From Cyanophora paradoxa CCMP329 (lineage: Eukaryota; Plantae; Glaucophyta), in assembly GCA_004431415.1 (NCBI GenBank), contig QPMI01000542.1:310001-374000 (forward strand): 64,000 nt of DNA. The letters run 5' to 3'. Within the stretch, counting starts at the first letter, position 1, and each line of letters starts with the position of its first letter. Shown one piece after another: positions 1 to 11,135 of the stretch. A program made the position numbers and the translations under genes. Below the pieces are notes generated by a model that saw only the letters and a program-made list of their open reading frames with translations, was not told the DNA's origin and ran no database searches.

Positions 1-201
1 GCTGGCCCGCACTGCCCGCAGTGCGATCGCCGGTACCGCCAGGCGCCGCGAGCCTCGCGATCGGAGGCCGGGGCCGCCGGGCGGCGGGCGCCGGCGGCGC
101 GGCCAGCGCCGCCGCGCGGCCGCGCGGCCCGCGCCCGAGCGCCGCGGCGCCCGGCCGCCGCCAGCTGCAGCCCGGCGCCGCGCCGCCGGCGCCCGCCGCG
201 C

Positions 202-465
202 TCCCGAGTCCCGAGTCCTGATCGCGACTCGCCGACAGTCGGCGAGTCCCGAGTCCCGGAGTCCCGAGTCTCCCGACCGTCGGACTCCCGACTCCCGACT
301 CCCGAGTCCCGAGTCCCGACTCCCGAGTCCCGACTCCCGAGTCCCGAGTCCCGACTCGGCGACTCCCGAGCCTCGGAGTCCCGACTCCCGACTCCCGACT
401 CCCGGAGTCCGGCGAGTCCCGACTTCCGCGCCCGAGTCGGCCCGACTCGGCGAGTCCGACTTCGA
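202..465. repeat. Short-period (6-7 nt) CCCGAGT/CCCGACT satellite upstream of the channel gene (also at about 15956, 29324, 36887 and 44441)
   Basis: Direct reading, e.g. TCCCGACTCCCGACTCCCGAGTCCCGAGTCCCGAC. Confidence 0.9.
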
Positions 466-1077
466 CCCGGGCCCTGATCGGAGGCGCCGTGCCGACTCAC
501 AGGGATCCGGACTCCGGATCCGGAGTCGGCTCATCAGCCTGGCAGACTCCTCGGCTCTGCTGCGCTCTACTAGGCTACTCTGGCTACTACTACTAGGCTG
601 CTCTGCTGCTGCCAGCATCCTGCTGGTCCCTGGGAGGCTGGGAGCCTGGGACTCCCTGCAGCGGCTGGTCCGTGGCGACTCCGAGCAGCTGCAGGCTGTA
701 CTGCAGGCTGCAGCAGGCGTCTGCAGCTGCCCTGGGCGACACTGTGACAGCTGGTAGGATCCGGAGGCGCGAGTCGGCGCATGCACTGCAGCAGGCATCG
801 GCAGCTGCCCTGGGCCTGTTCCTAGGCCTGGGCCGCCGCCTGGCCCAGCAGCTGCAGACTGCAGTCACTGAGTGTTTCGAGTCAACTTTCGACTGTCTGT
901 GGAGCTCCTGCAGCTGGAGATCTAGACGCGAACATCTATATATATAGGTCTGCAGTACTAGTTAGCTAGCCATAGATCTATAGCTATAGCTAGGCCCAGC
1001 AGCTTCGAATTCGCAGCATCCATATGCATGCGCAAATGTGCAGCCTTGAATGCAGCTACGCATGCATATGCATGCAT

Positions 1078-4000
1078 ATGGCGCCGGCCTGCAGCCGCAG
1101 CTGCCCGCGGCGGGCGGGCAGAGTCCGCGGCCGCGCGCGCCTGTGCACGCGAAGGCAAGGGCCCCGCGGCCGGCGCCGGCACTGGCGCCAGTCGCAGGTC
1201 GCCTCGCGACCGGCGAGATCTAGATCTGGAGCTCGACCGCCGGCAGCGGCCGTCGGGGGCGGCCGCCGTAGGTCTCGGCGCATGCGCGCTGCTGGCCCTC
1301 CAGCTCGGGCTGCTGACCGTGGCGCTCCTGCCTGCGGCTTCGGCAATATCCATCAACGCCTCGTCAATCGTGCTGGCCCCGCCTTCCCGGCCGCCCACTG
1401 GCTTTGAGACCGCGGAAACGTACTACGCCTCTGTTCAGGTACGCAATTGCAATTTGGCAAATGCTGTCCCATTGTCATTTAAATTTGCGAATAAGTCCGA
1501 TACACGTGCCGGTACTTTAAGCACAATTTTGGTTCGCGCTCATCTTACATAAGACTTAATTGCATCTCCCCACACTATATATAGCTATTTTCAGGCCGGG
1601 AGTGTGCACGTGGACCGAACCCTTAGTCACACACGCGGCTAATGACGCCGTCGCAGCGCGTGTACGCCGCTTCGACGGACCCCACAACGAAGCTCGTCTT
1701 CGGCCGCAAGAGTCCGTCTGGGCCGCCGGGCCGCCGCCCGCGCCCTAGGCCTCCCTCCGGCTTCGAGCTGATCATGAGCCACCACCGGTACCGGCGCCGT
1801 TGCGCAGGCGAGCTGTGGCTGGTGGTCGACGTCGATGACCCTCCGGGATCGATGAGGGCGAGTTCTCCTGTCAGGCCTCCGCCTCCACACCTGCAGCGTC
1901 GACGAGGGTGCGAAACAATAAATTCCGCCTTTCTTATGGCTGACCAAGACTTTCCCATGGGCCACCCTTTCCGTGGCACAGCGGCCATGCTGGCCCAGCC
2001 GGCTGCAGCCCTTACATCGTCGTGAGCGCTCCGAGCACCAACGTCACCTTCCGCGTCCCCACGTGCCCCGGTATCCGAATCCCATCCCGAAACCATCGTC
2101 TGCTTCGAATTCATTGTTATATTTTTATAAAGAACTCCAGCTTCAAGCTATTTTTTATAAGACTCTTGTTTGACGCTTGACATTTACACGCGGCGCGGCA
2201 GGGCGCAGACGCCGTGGGCGTCCCACCACGCGACCTCGCGCCTCTACTTCCGCCACGTCGTCAACGACGAGGACCCCGTCCTCGAGCCCTCCGCGCCCCG
2301 ATCGTGTCAGCGGCCTTCAGCTTCCAATTTAAATTCGTCTCTTCGTGTGATTCGGAGCGTGCAGGAACCTCGCAAACTGCAACTACATCACGACAGCTTT
2401 CGGGATACTGGAGGTGCGATGCTCCGATCCGTTTCTTCTAAGAGTCTTAAGCTCGAGCTCGAACCAACTCGTTTTCGCTGATCGCAAATCCCGCTTTTCG
2501 AAATCGGCAGTACATCACGCTCGACAACGCGACGCACGCGCCCAGCGGGTACTTCGAGGTCGAGCCCGACCCCTCCAACCCACTCAATGCAGACCCCGTC
2601 GTCGACACGGTGCGCCATTCAGTCCTTTTGAGTCCAGCAATATGTCTTATTCCGCTTTGCTTGCAGTCGAAGCGCATCAAGCTCGACCCGGAGCTAGAGC
2701 CCGTGTCTCTGCAGCTGGTCCATGTCGATGTTAAATCAAACGTCTGCCGCTTCTGCGCTGATTCCGGTCTCATCCTGCAGATCGGGGCTGAGCCTGGCTC
2801 GACCCTTTCCGTCAATGACGTCATGTGGGTGGCGATCACTTTCGACGGGGTCATCGTGCGCCCGAAATTGAACCGCGACTCTGTCTTCCCGGACACGTAA
2901 AATTTCCTCTCGAAATAATCCTAATCATAACCCTGCACACCACAGGACGACCCTCTTCCGCCGAACTGTTCCATTGCTGTCAACCTGTGCGCTGCCGCAT
3001 GCGCATATGCATGCTCAGCCGTTTGAATACCATTATATTCAAACTAATCTCTTGTTCGAGCTTCGAGCTGCTGCCGACGTTGTTTTCACTTCTGCTTAAG
3101 CTTATTCAACCCCCCCGGCTCGACAGCAATTTCCGGACCATTGAAGACTGGCAGGCAGTCTCGCGCGATGATGCGCTCGCGGGAATGGGCGGTGCGGGCC
3201 ACGCCACAATCAGCGATCACACACTCGTCTACCGTCACACGTACGCGTGCAGCTTGATGCTTGTTTCGCATGCGCATGGGTCTCCGAGCGCTAAACGATC
3301 ACGGCATGCGCAGGGTTCTGAAGGGTGAGAACTCGAGGGCGATTGCGGTGAGGAGCCCCGTAACACAGGGCCTCATCATCTCGAACGATTGCTCCTCGAA
3401 GTGCGGCTTGCGCCGAGGCGGAATGCGTGCTCCCTCTCAGAGTCTCTGCAGGGGGATGCGATTCGCGTCCGCGAAAGCAGGAGCAAAGCGGACCGTGAGC
3501 CTCGCAGGTGCATTCGAGAGAAGGGGCGCCGGGCGCGTGTCTAAGCTGGGCTCAAATCTCCCTGCAGACCTCGTCTTCTCGCCATGCAAGCGGTCCTTGA
3601 CCTCGCCGAGCGGCTGCGAGCCCGGAGTGACCTCCGTCGGCGTTGACACCCTCCGTGCGCCAACGCCCCCGACCGGGATCTCAATTGAAAGCCACATGAG
3701 TAGCTCCAGAAATTAATCTGAGCGGTGTTTTGCGGCAGCCCCGCGGATGGTCGGCGTCAGCACACGCAAGGACCCGAAGTCGGTGTTCTACAGCGGCGAC
3801 GCTATCGATATTGGTAGGCATATCACTAATCGTATAACAGCTGGCTTCTGTCACTGACCACATTTATGTGTGCGCAGCGGTTCTTTTCACCAAGCCCGTG
3901 ATTTTTGTGGTTTCTCCCGACAATGGCGTCAATCCCTTCGGTCTGCCTGCGTTGCCCTGCGTAGAAATATCCGAACAAGCGTTTGTACATGGGTCGCTCA

Positions 4001-5911
4001 ACTGGCTCTCCGGATCCTTCGCGCAGCCGTGGGGCGGCCTTACCTCGACCTGAACTCCGGCGGCGAGGCCTCTTTCGTCGGATACTTCCCGAACGACAAT
4101 TCCACCCTTCTCTTCCGCTACCTAGTTGCGGTTCGTCGCTCAGGATCGCACAGCTCAGTTGCCGGAATGCTTCTGCTAAATCTGCAGCCGCTGATCCTCG
4201 GAGAGCAGTCTGGCGAGACGACGGACGGGAAGCCCCTTGAGGTCGTCAAGTTCGAAACAAACGGCGCCGTCGTTACGTCGGCCAACGGCCTGGACAGTGC
4301 GCCGTGCAATCGCAAAGGCTTTTGACCTCGCTCAAGAAAGCTTATCGCATTCTTTCGCGTCTCAGTTGTCGCGAACGAAGAGGTGCTGAAGGCGGTTAAG
4401 GATGCGAACAGCGGCCTGTCAGCCGCTGGCCTCATTGTTCAGCGCTCCAGCACTGCGCGCCGGGTACGATCTGTACATGGTTTAAAAACGCATTTCTCAT
4501 TTGAGAGGCAACGATCGATTTTGCGAGCGCAGCTCGAGGTATTCGGCGCTGTCGGCGGGGGCCGTGATGTCTTCTCGCTCCACTCGGTCATTTACATTAT
4601 TCTTACCTTCGACGACGTGGTGCGGCGCGTTTGTGATGAATTGCTGCACAGCTGCAGGCGGGCTCACAGTGTTTTCTCGTAATTTGCACAGGTCTTCCAG
4701 CGCCCGAAGGACAACAACTCCGCCGCCCTCGACGCCTGCCGGCCGACGCTGCGCACTAACTTCGGAACTTTGGAGTTCCTCCCGCGCGAGGAGTTCAACG
4801 CTATTGTCCAGGTGCTATTTTGCGCTTGACGTCGCCTGAACGCGTACGTGCCTGAACGCTTCGCAGGGCAACGTGGCAGGCCGCCAGCAGATCGTATTTC
4901 GCCGTTCAGTGGAAGTGCGCGAAATCATATGCGACCGGACGCCGTGTTCGTGCATACGAAGCCGCCTCTGACAGCGACGCAGCCCGAGGACGGGCTGTAC
5001 GAGAGCATCGAGATCGAGAAGCCGTACGACACTGCGGTCAACGCCACCGGCTGCAGCCCCGCCGCGAGTGCGCGCGCGTGGCTCTGCATGCGCATTTTAA
5101 TTTGTGAAACCGATCTGCTTTCGACTCTGTTAATTCTCCAATGCAATTCTCCTGTTAATATATTCTGTTTCAATGTTTCTTGAACAGCGGGCATGGTTGT
5201 ACCGGTGGCGCTCTCGAAGATCGCGGGCTTCTACCCGCTGGAGAATCAAAACAACCCCTTTGAGGCATGGGTGAAGGTGCGTGAGCAAAGCGCTCGCATA
5301 TCTGAATATCTGCATATCTGCATCTGCTGTCTAATTTCCAAGCTAGATCGATACCTTTTCGGCCAGCATCGTCGGAGTTGCCGCAAAGGTAATTGGTCTT
5401 GTTTAATGATTATTCGATCCCCCAGCTGCAGTCTATCGGTTTTGAGATTCTTCCAGTTCTCGAACATCACTGTGGGCCTCGCTCCCGGTCGCATAGGGGT
5501 ACGTATACGTTCTCGAGACGAGCTCGCGAGCATCGCCACCCGTGCATCCGACAACACCGCGCGCGCCGCAGGACGTCGATATCCTCGTCACATTTTCGAA
5601 ACCGGTGGACTACCAAATCCTCGTGCGACCACAAACTTGCAGCCAAAATCGATACCGAATTCGTCTTCGTGGCTCACGCGCACGCGGCCGCGGCGCGCGC
5701 GCAGCTGGACCCGCTGAACGTGCAGGACGCGGCGAAGACGCGGGAGGCACGCCTGTACGGCACGCCGCGCATCGCCCTCAACACGCTCGCCTACGCGTAC
5801 CTCCTCGGCTACGCCAACCCGGACATTCCCGGCCAGCTTGATCCATTACGCACTCCAAGAGCAGTGTTCGTCATGAACATGATGATCATGAACATGATTT
5901 GCATGACATGA
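1078..5911 (+). pseudogene. 3'-truncated copy 1 of the channel gene (signal peptide plus ectodomain only; may be coding)
   Basis: Near-identical to 45313-50058 up to ...GCCAACCCGGACA (5825). It then reads through the junction insert and CACTA fragment to a TGA at 5909-5911 (tail IPGQLDPLRTPRAVFVMNMMIMNMICMT). Confidence 0.85.
5826..5870 (+). other. 45-nt junction insert (also at about 21584, 34921 and 42496)
   Basis: CATTCCCGGCCAGCTTGATCCATT is identical to 55216-55239 in the RING exon, and partial similarity continues for about 20 nt. Confidence 0.85.
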
Positions 5912-7068
5912 CATCGGCGGTTTGCACTCAACCTGCGCATTTTACATTTTACGAAATACCATAAATATCCAGAAGGGTGTAGATGGGGGTTTTCGAGGGT
6001 GGCGGAGACGATGGGCGTGTTTCTGCGGCCAGCCAATTAAAGCCTGAACCGGTATTCAAGATTCGCAGTAACGGGGGCCCCATATTGCTCCCAGCATCAT
6101 TCCGCCCCACCCATTCGCAGGCAGCTTCCACCACTCCGAATATAAGTCATTCAGATGCTATTAAGAGATACTGCATGCTTGGAAGCCCGCTCGGAGTTCG
6201 AACCACGAGCCCCGCACCCTCGAGCCCTTGGCCCCCGCGTGCTCAGTTTGCAGACGAGCTGGCCTCGTTCATATCGATGCTATAAGTTATATATAATTAG
6301 CTGCAGGAAGGCACACTACCTACAACTAAAACTGTAATATTGATAAATTCGGACGTCGATACATACGCCATACATGTCCAGCCGAAATTCTAGCGGAGCA
6401 CAGCGAACGATTGGCGCGAAACTGAGCACGTCAGAAGTGCAGTTTAGAGCAATCTAGAGCAGGGAAATTTTTGGTTTCGCGCCAATGTCTCGCCGTGCAG
6501 AAGTTGGCCTCGGGGGTCGCTGCGCCCCGGCCCCTCTTCAGCCCTCGACAGCGCAAGGCAGCTCAAGGCCCGCCCAGGCCCCCCGCTCCCCCAACTGCCC
6601 TTCCCGGGACTCGAACGCTGGAGCAATAAGACGCCGGCCGGGCGCGCTGCTAGCTCGGCTAGCTCGCCGCGAAACTGGCCTTTTCCTCGTCGCCTTTGTA
6701 TGGCCATACATCTAGGAAAATTTCGTACCGGATCCGCACGAAACTGAGCCTTATTCTAGCATCAAGATGCATATTAGCTAGTATTAAACGCTTCAGTTTC
6801 TCGCCAATCGCTTCCCATTATTTTATCCAGCCAAATCGACCAGATACTCTAGATCGATATCTCCGCGAAGTCTCCAGCCAAGGCGCGGAGACTTGCTGGA
6901 GAGTGGCTCTATACAAGTCTCCAAAGAGTCTCCAAGCGGATATTAGCTGGAGACTACAGCTCAGGAAATACTCCATCTAGTCTCCTGAAGCCCCAAAAAT
7001 GCGTTAGTCTCCAGCTAGTCTCAGTCTATTCTCCAGCTGATCTCCCGGGACCCCCCCCTCCACTAGTG
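5871..7068. mobile_element. CACTA right-arm fragment (1.2 kb, with right TIR)
   Basis: Matches 14030-15230, followed by GAG and 27 more bp of the normal right flank (to 7098). Confidence 0.9.
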
Positions 7069-7279
7069 GAGCCCGGGGATATCGATCCGCGAGCCGCTAA
7101 CGGGACCCGGAGTCGCCTTCCTTAAGCTTGAGGCCGGCTTCTTTGAATTCGCGCTTCCATGCTGCCCGCTGCCCGTTTTCCTTGACCGTACGCGTCGGAC
7201 ATCTGCCTCGGGCAGGCTTCCTTGCGACGTCTTAGAATCCGCGCTGCCCGCTTACGGCATCGTTTTTCGCGATCGGCAG

Positions 7280-8960
7280 GCTTCGCGATCTGGGCCAACA
7301 TCGCCGCCGAGGACGCCGCCGGCAAGGTCCTCGTCATATGGTTCGTATTTACTTTAATTTACTGTTACTTATAATTACTAACGAAACGAAGCCAATTTAA
7401 TTGCTTCACTTAATTAATTACTCAATCCTCAAAGCTTAAATCCTAGTTTGCTTGGGCCTCCTTTCGATACGGACTCGGGATCCGGCGCACCTCGAGCTCC
7501 GGGGGGATCCCTTCGATTAGGAAATTCCTGATCCGCCTCTCTGTTTTGCGCGCGCAGGATGATCATTTCCACGTGCGCGCCCCCTTCGTTACCCGCTTTT
7601 CGAGTCTTGCCAGACCCTCATGACCAGATATAACTTCAATTTTCGCGCAGTTTCGCGCTCAGCGGGTTCGAGCACGTGGTGGCTAACGTGCGCACTCTTC
7701 TAACCATTTCCCTTTTATGCAGATCCCCAAATTAAACTTGAAAGCTGATCGCATGCGCAGATGTACACGCTGCCGCTGGGGTACTGGCTCGGGGCCCCCG
7801 TCTCCTGGAACGACGTGAGTGCCTTGCCGTCCCCCCCCCCCCCCCCCCCCCGTCTTTCCCCTTCCCTTCGACCCCCCCCCCCCCCACACTCCCTCCCCCT
7901 CCCTTCTCCCCTTCTTCCAAGCTATATCCTCCTGTCCTGAGACGTTAACGCGTGGACAGATCTTCAGGAACCTGGGGATCGTGACGGTGGGGAACTACGT
8001 GGGCGGGGGTATCATGGTCGGCGCCGTCATGTTCCTGGGCGTGGGGTACCACCCCAAGCACAAGGCGCGCCCTCGTTTCTCGAGAAGCCGTACCCTTTAA
8101 ATTCCTTTCTAACCAAGCTTGCGGGCAGGAGGAGGAGGGGGAGGGGGAGGGGCCGGCCCACGGGGTGGTCCCGGGGGCCAAGAAGCGCGTGACGAATCAC
8201 GCGAGCACCGCCGCCGAGCTCGTATACGACGTCCGTTCTTTTCGAATCATGATCATTGATTTATGCTGTAAAACACCTAACATGGAATCTTAATGAACCT
8301 CTTGCATCTTAAATGAACCTAAAACTCTTTGAATGGAGGCTTTATAACTCTGGACTCCTTGAATGAACCCTTTTGCCTTTTGAATTTCATGGTTCCTGAA
8401 GCTGATCGCGAAGCGGGGCGCAGCACCGCGGGGGCTGGTTCCACTGGGCGCCAGGCGCCGGGCGCGTCGCGTCGCGACGCTGGTGGCGGTCCGCCTCTTT
8501 CTATATATGGCCTACAGCGCTCCGCTAATTATAATATAACTCCCCAATTTCGAATTCGAAGGCGGAGGAGGGGAGGGCGGGCCGCGCGACCGCGCACCGG
8601 GAGGACGCCGGCTCGCGATCGGACGACGCGAGTCCCGCCTCGAGGAAGGGCGCCGGCCGCGATCGCGACGATCGCGACGCGGACGGCGCGGCGGCGGCCG
8701 GGGCCGGGCTCCCCGGGGCCGTCCCGAGCGCCTTCACGGTACCCGTCGTGGCGGTCTCGGTGCGAGCTCTCGCTTCTCCCGATCTTGAGTTCGCTCTTGT
8801 TCTGACTCTGAGCGCGCGACAGCTGCAGCAACCGGCCCGGGGCGTGCGGGCCGAGCCCGGGCTTCTCCCCCCCTCCTCCAAGGCGGGGTCCTTCGGCCCC
8901 CAGCGCGTCGCGTTTGGCGACCCGTCGCCGGCGCTAGAGAAGGAGCTCGGAGATCTCTAG
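7280..8960 (+). pseudogene. 3' half of a formate/nitrite transporter (FNT; NAR1/NirC/FocA family) gene, 5'-truncated by the junction at 7098/7099
   Basis: Spliced exons read CFAIWANIAAEDAAGKVLVIW-MIIST-FALSGFEHVVAN-MYTLPLGYWLGAPVSWND-IFRNLGIVTVGNYVGGGIMVGAVMFLG. These contain the FNT motifs GK, GFEHxxAN and NLxxVTxGNxxGG. A low-complexity tail probably ends ...LEKELGDL-TAG (8960); the tail exons are less certain. Confidence 0.88.
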
Positions 8961-9286
8961 GACGGTTGATATAAGGGCAAGCGCAAGTTAAGGGATTTCA
9001 GAGCCGCGTGCCGGCCGTCATTTGACGGCTCTCGAATTTCCTCTTGATTTTCAAGACGCGCTATCGAGCTGCCCGGCGTTGATTATTGGTTAGAACGACG
9101 TACACATGCACAATATTTCCGCGGTATTTTTGTATGCAAGCGTCCCTACACTGTCTCAGAGTCTTGTTCTTCGCTTGTGCATCTTGTCCAGTATACGTAG
9201 GGATGCCTTTCATGCGCCGCGGCGCTTGGTCTGATTTCGAATTCCTATATTTAATATATATAGTCATAGTTTCAAAGTGAAGCCTC

Positions 9287-9352
9287 GCATTCGCAGCCAT
9301 GGCCATTTTCTACATTCGCAGCCATGGCCGTTTCCTCCATTTCCGCAGCCAT
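9287..9352. repeat. About 25-bp tandem repeat, 3 units (CATTCGCAGCCATGGCC core); duplicated at about 22657-22721
   Basis: Direct reading. Confidence 0.75.
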
Positions 9353-10575
9353 TTCCTGCTAAAGATCCGTGTACACGTTAAACGTTTCGATCGCATCTTA
9401 GAAATCCTTCAGAGGATTTAAGATCAGCTCCTTTCGCAGGAGATTGCGTCGATGCAATGGAGCTCATTGTAGCTATTGCCAGTATACGTAGACGTAGATG
9501 TACAGTACCATTCGGGAATTTCCTGGGTCTATAGCTATAGCTAGTTGGTTTCTGTAGCCAGATTTCTAGATTTGATTCGTCGGTAGATGCGCCCGTTCCC
9601 GGAGTCCCCTCGGTGTCAAGAGTCGCTCGAATCTTGCAATTGCGTCAATTGCAATCTGATCAATTTGAAGCAGTGTTGGCCAGCCCCTCTCAGAGTCTGA
9701 ATATCTTTTGCGTGGGAGATAATCACAAGAAATCATTCGACTTCGAATCCAAAACATGTGCAGATCTAGAGTACGCGCAGCCTCAGACAGGACTTGGAAG
9801 GCGCTCCGTTGTTCCAACCCGCCTTTGAATTTCCCGTCGGTCCGATCCAGCCCTGGAGCTGCGCGTATGCGCATGCATGCATTTCATCGTATGGTCGAGC
9901 TCCCGGAGTCGGGGACTCCGGGAGGCCAGGCCAAGGCCTCGCGATCGCGGCCGCATCGCGGCTGAAATTCGAGTCCCGAGAGTCGCGCGCGTGACCGCCA
10001 CGAGGGCAAGTCCAAGGCCTTGGCCTTGGCATTAATATTGGCATTGGTCCCGAAACCACCACGTGCACCGCTGCACGCGTACGGCCGGGGTCGACGTTCC
10101 GATTCCGACTCGCGATCGCGCTCGGCCGAGCACTAGTGGAGGGGGGGGTCCCGGGAGATCAGCTGGAGAATATGAAATCCAATCTCTAATCTCCATTTCC
10201 GGACTATAGAGGATTTCTGGAGATTAACACGAGACTACCTGGAGATTAAAACCGAGACTAGCCGGAGACTAGATGTGCATGCATGTGCAGACTTCCCGGA
10301 GATTAGAAACCTTAGCTATAGAGACTTTCGGGAGAGTTCTTGCCCGCCCCGCAGAACCACAGGAGACTTTCCGGAGACTTCATGGTACGCCCAGGCAGAT
10401 TTTCTGGAGATTAAACAAAATGCAGATAGCTATATATATATAGCTAATATAGCTATCTAGCTGCGCTGCAGCGATAGCTAGCAATCTAGCTACAGCTTTC
10501 TAGCTACGGCTACTTCTCTTGAAGGGAAGCGACGAGATCGGCCCCGGCCCGTGTGAGCTAGGTGTGAACTTGCCG

Positions 10576-11135
10576 AGGAGTCGCGCCCACGCTGCAGAGC
10601 TCGAGGCAGGCAAAGATCTGGGGCCGCGAGTCAGAAAGGGCGAGCGGGCGAGCGTCCGACCGGGAGGACCGCGTACCTTCATCGAGGATCGTGAGGCGAA
10701 GTCGCGCTCACGCTGCACGCCTCGACGCAGGCGAAGATCTGGGGCCGCGAGTCAGCAAGCGCGAGCGGGCCTCGGCGGGGATCGGGCGGCGGCGAGCGTC
10801 CGGCCGGGAGGAGCGCATACCTTCATCGAGGATCGCGAGGCGAAGTCGCGCTCACGCTGCACGCCTCGACGCAGGCGAAGATCTGGGGCCGCGAGTCAGC
10901 AAGCGCGAGCGGGCCTCGGCGGGGATCGGGCAGCGGCGAGCGTCCGGCCGGGAGGAGCGCATACCTTCATCGAGGATCGCGAGGCGAAGTCGCGCCCACG
11001 CTGCACGCCTCGACGCAGGCGAAGATCTGGGGCCGCGAGTCAGCAAGCGCGAGCGGGCCTCGGCGGGGATCGGGCGGCGGCGAGCGTCCGGTCGGGAGGA
11101 ACGCGTACCTTCATCGAGGATCGCGAGGCGAACTC
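10576..11135. repeat. 144-bp tandem repeat inside CACTA copy A (3 near-perfect units plus 1 degenerate)
   Basis: GAGGCGAA starts recur at 10693, 10837, 10981 and 11125. Confidence 0.92.

Noticed and set aside
202-465. Interstitial telomeric repeat
   Set aside because: The unit is heterogeneous and self-complementary and does not match the TnAGGG-type telomere repeats I know.
1078-5911. Truncated copies as AChBP-like soluble ligand-binding proteins
   Set aside because: The break precedes the pLGIC ligand-binding domain (which starts at about 50415 in the full copy), so only the extra N-terminal domains are retained.
6178-6260. tRNA- or SINE-like motif (minus strand GCTCGTGGTTCGAACTCCGAGCGGGCTTCCA) in the CACTA arm
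   Set aside because: It has a TTCGAA loop and a terminal CCA, but I could not build a canonical T-stem, acceptor stem or anticodon arm. tRNAscan-SE would settle it.
5871-7066. Helitron interpretation of the block starting TC and ending CTAG
   Set aside because: The CTAG is part of a 42-bp CACTA TIR with a matching left TIR and TSD, and the TC start is a rearrangement junction inside the element.
7831-7915. Poly-C tract (potential G-quadruplex on the minus strand)
   Set aside because: It is an intronic low-complexity run in the FNT gene whose length is unreliable in this assembly, with no evidence of function.
10576-11135. CRISPR-like array
   Set aside because: The units are fully repeated with no unique spacers, there are no cas genes, and the context is eukaryotic. 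The same applies to the short repeats at 9287, 53993 and 63333.
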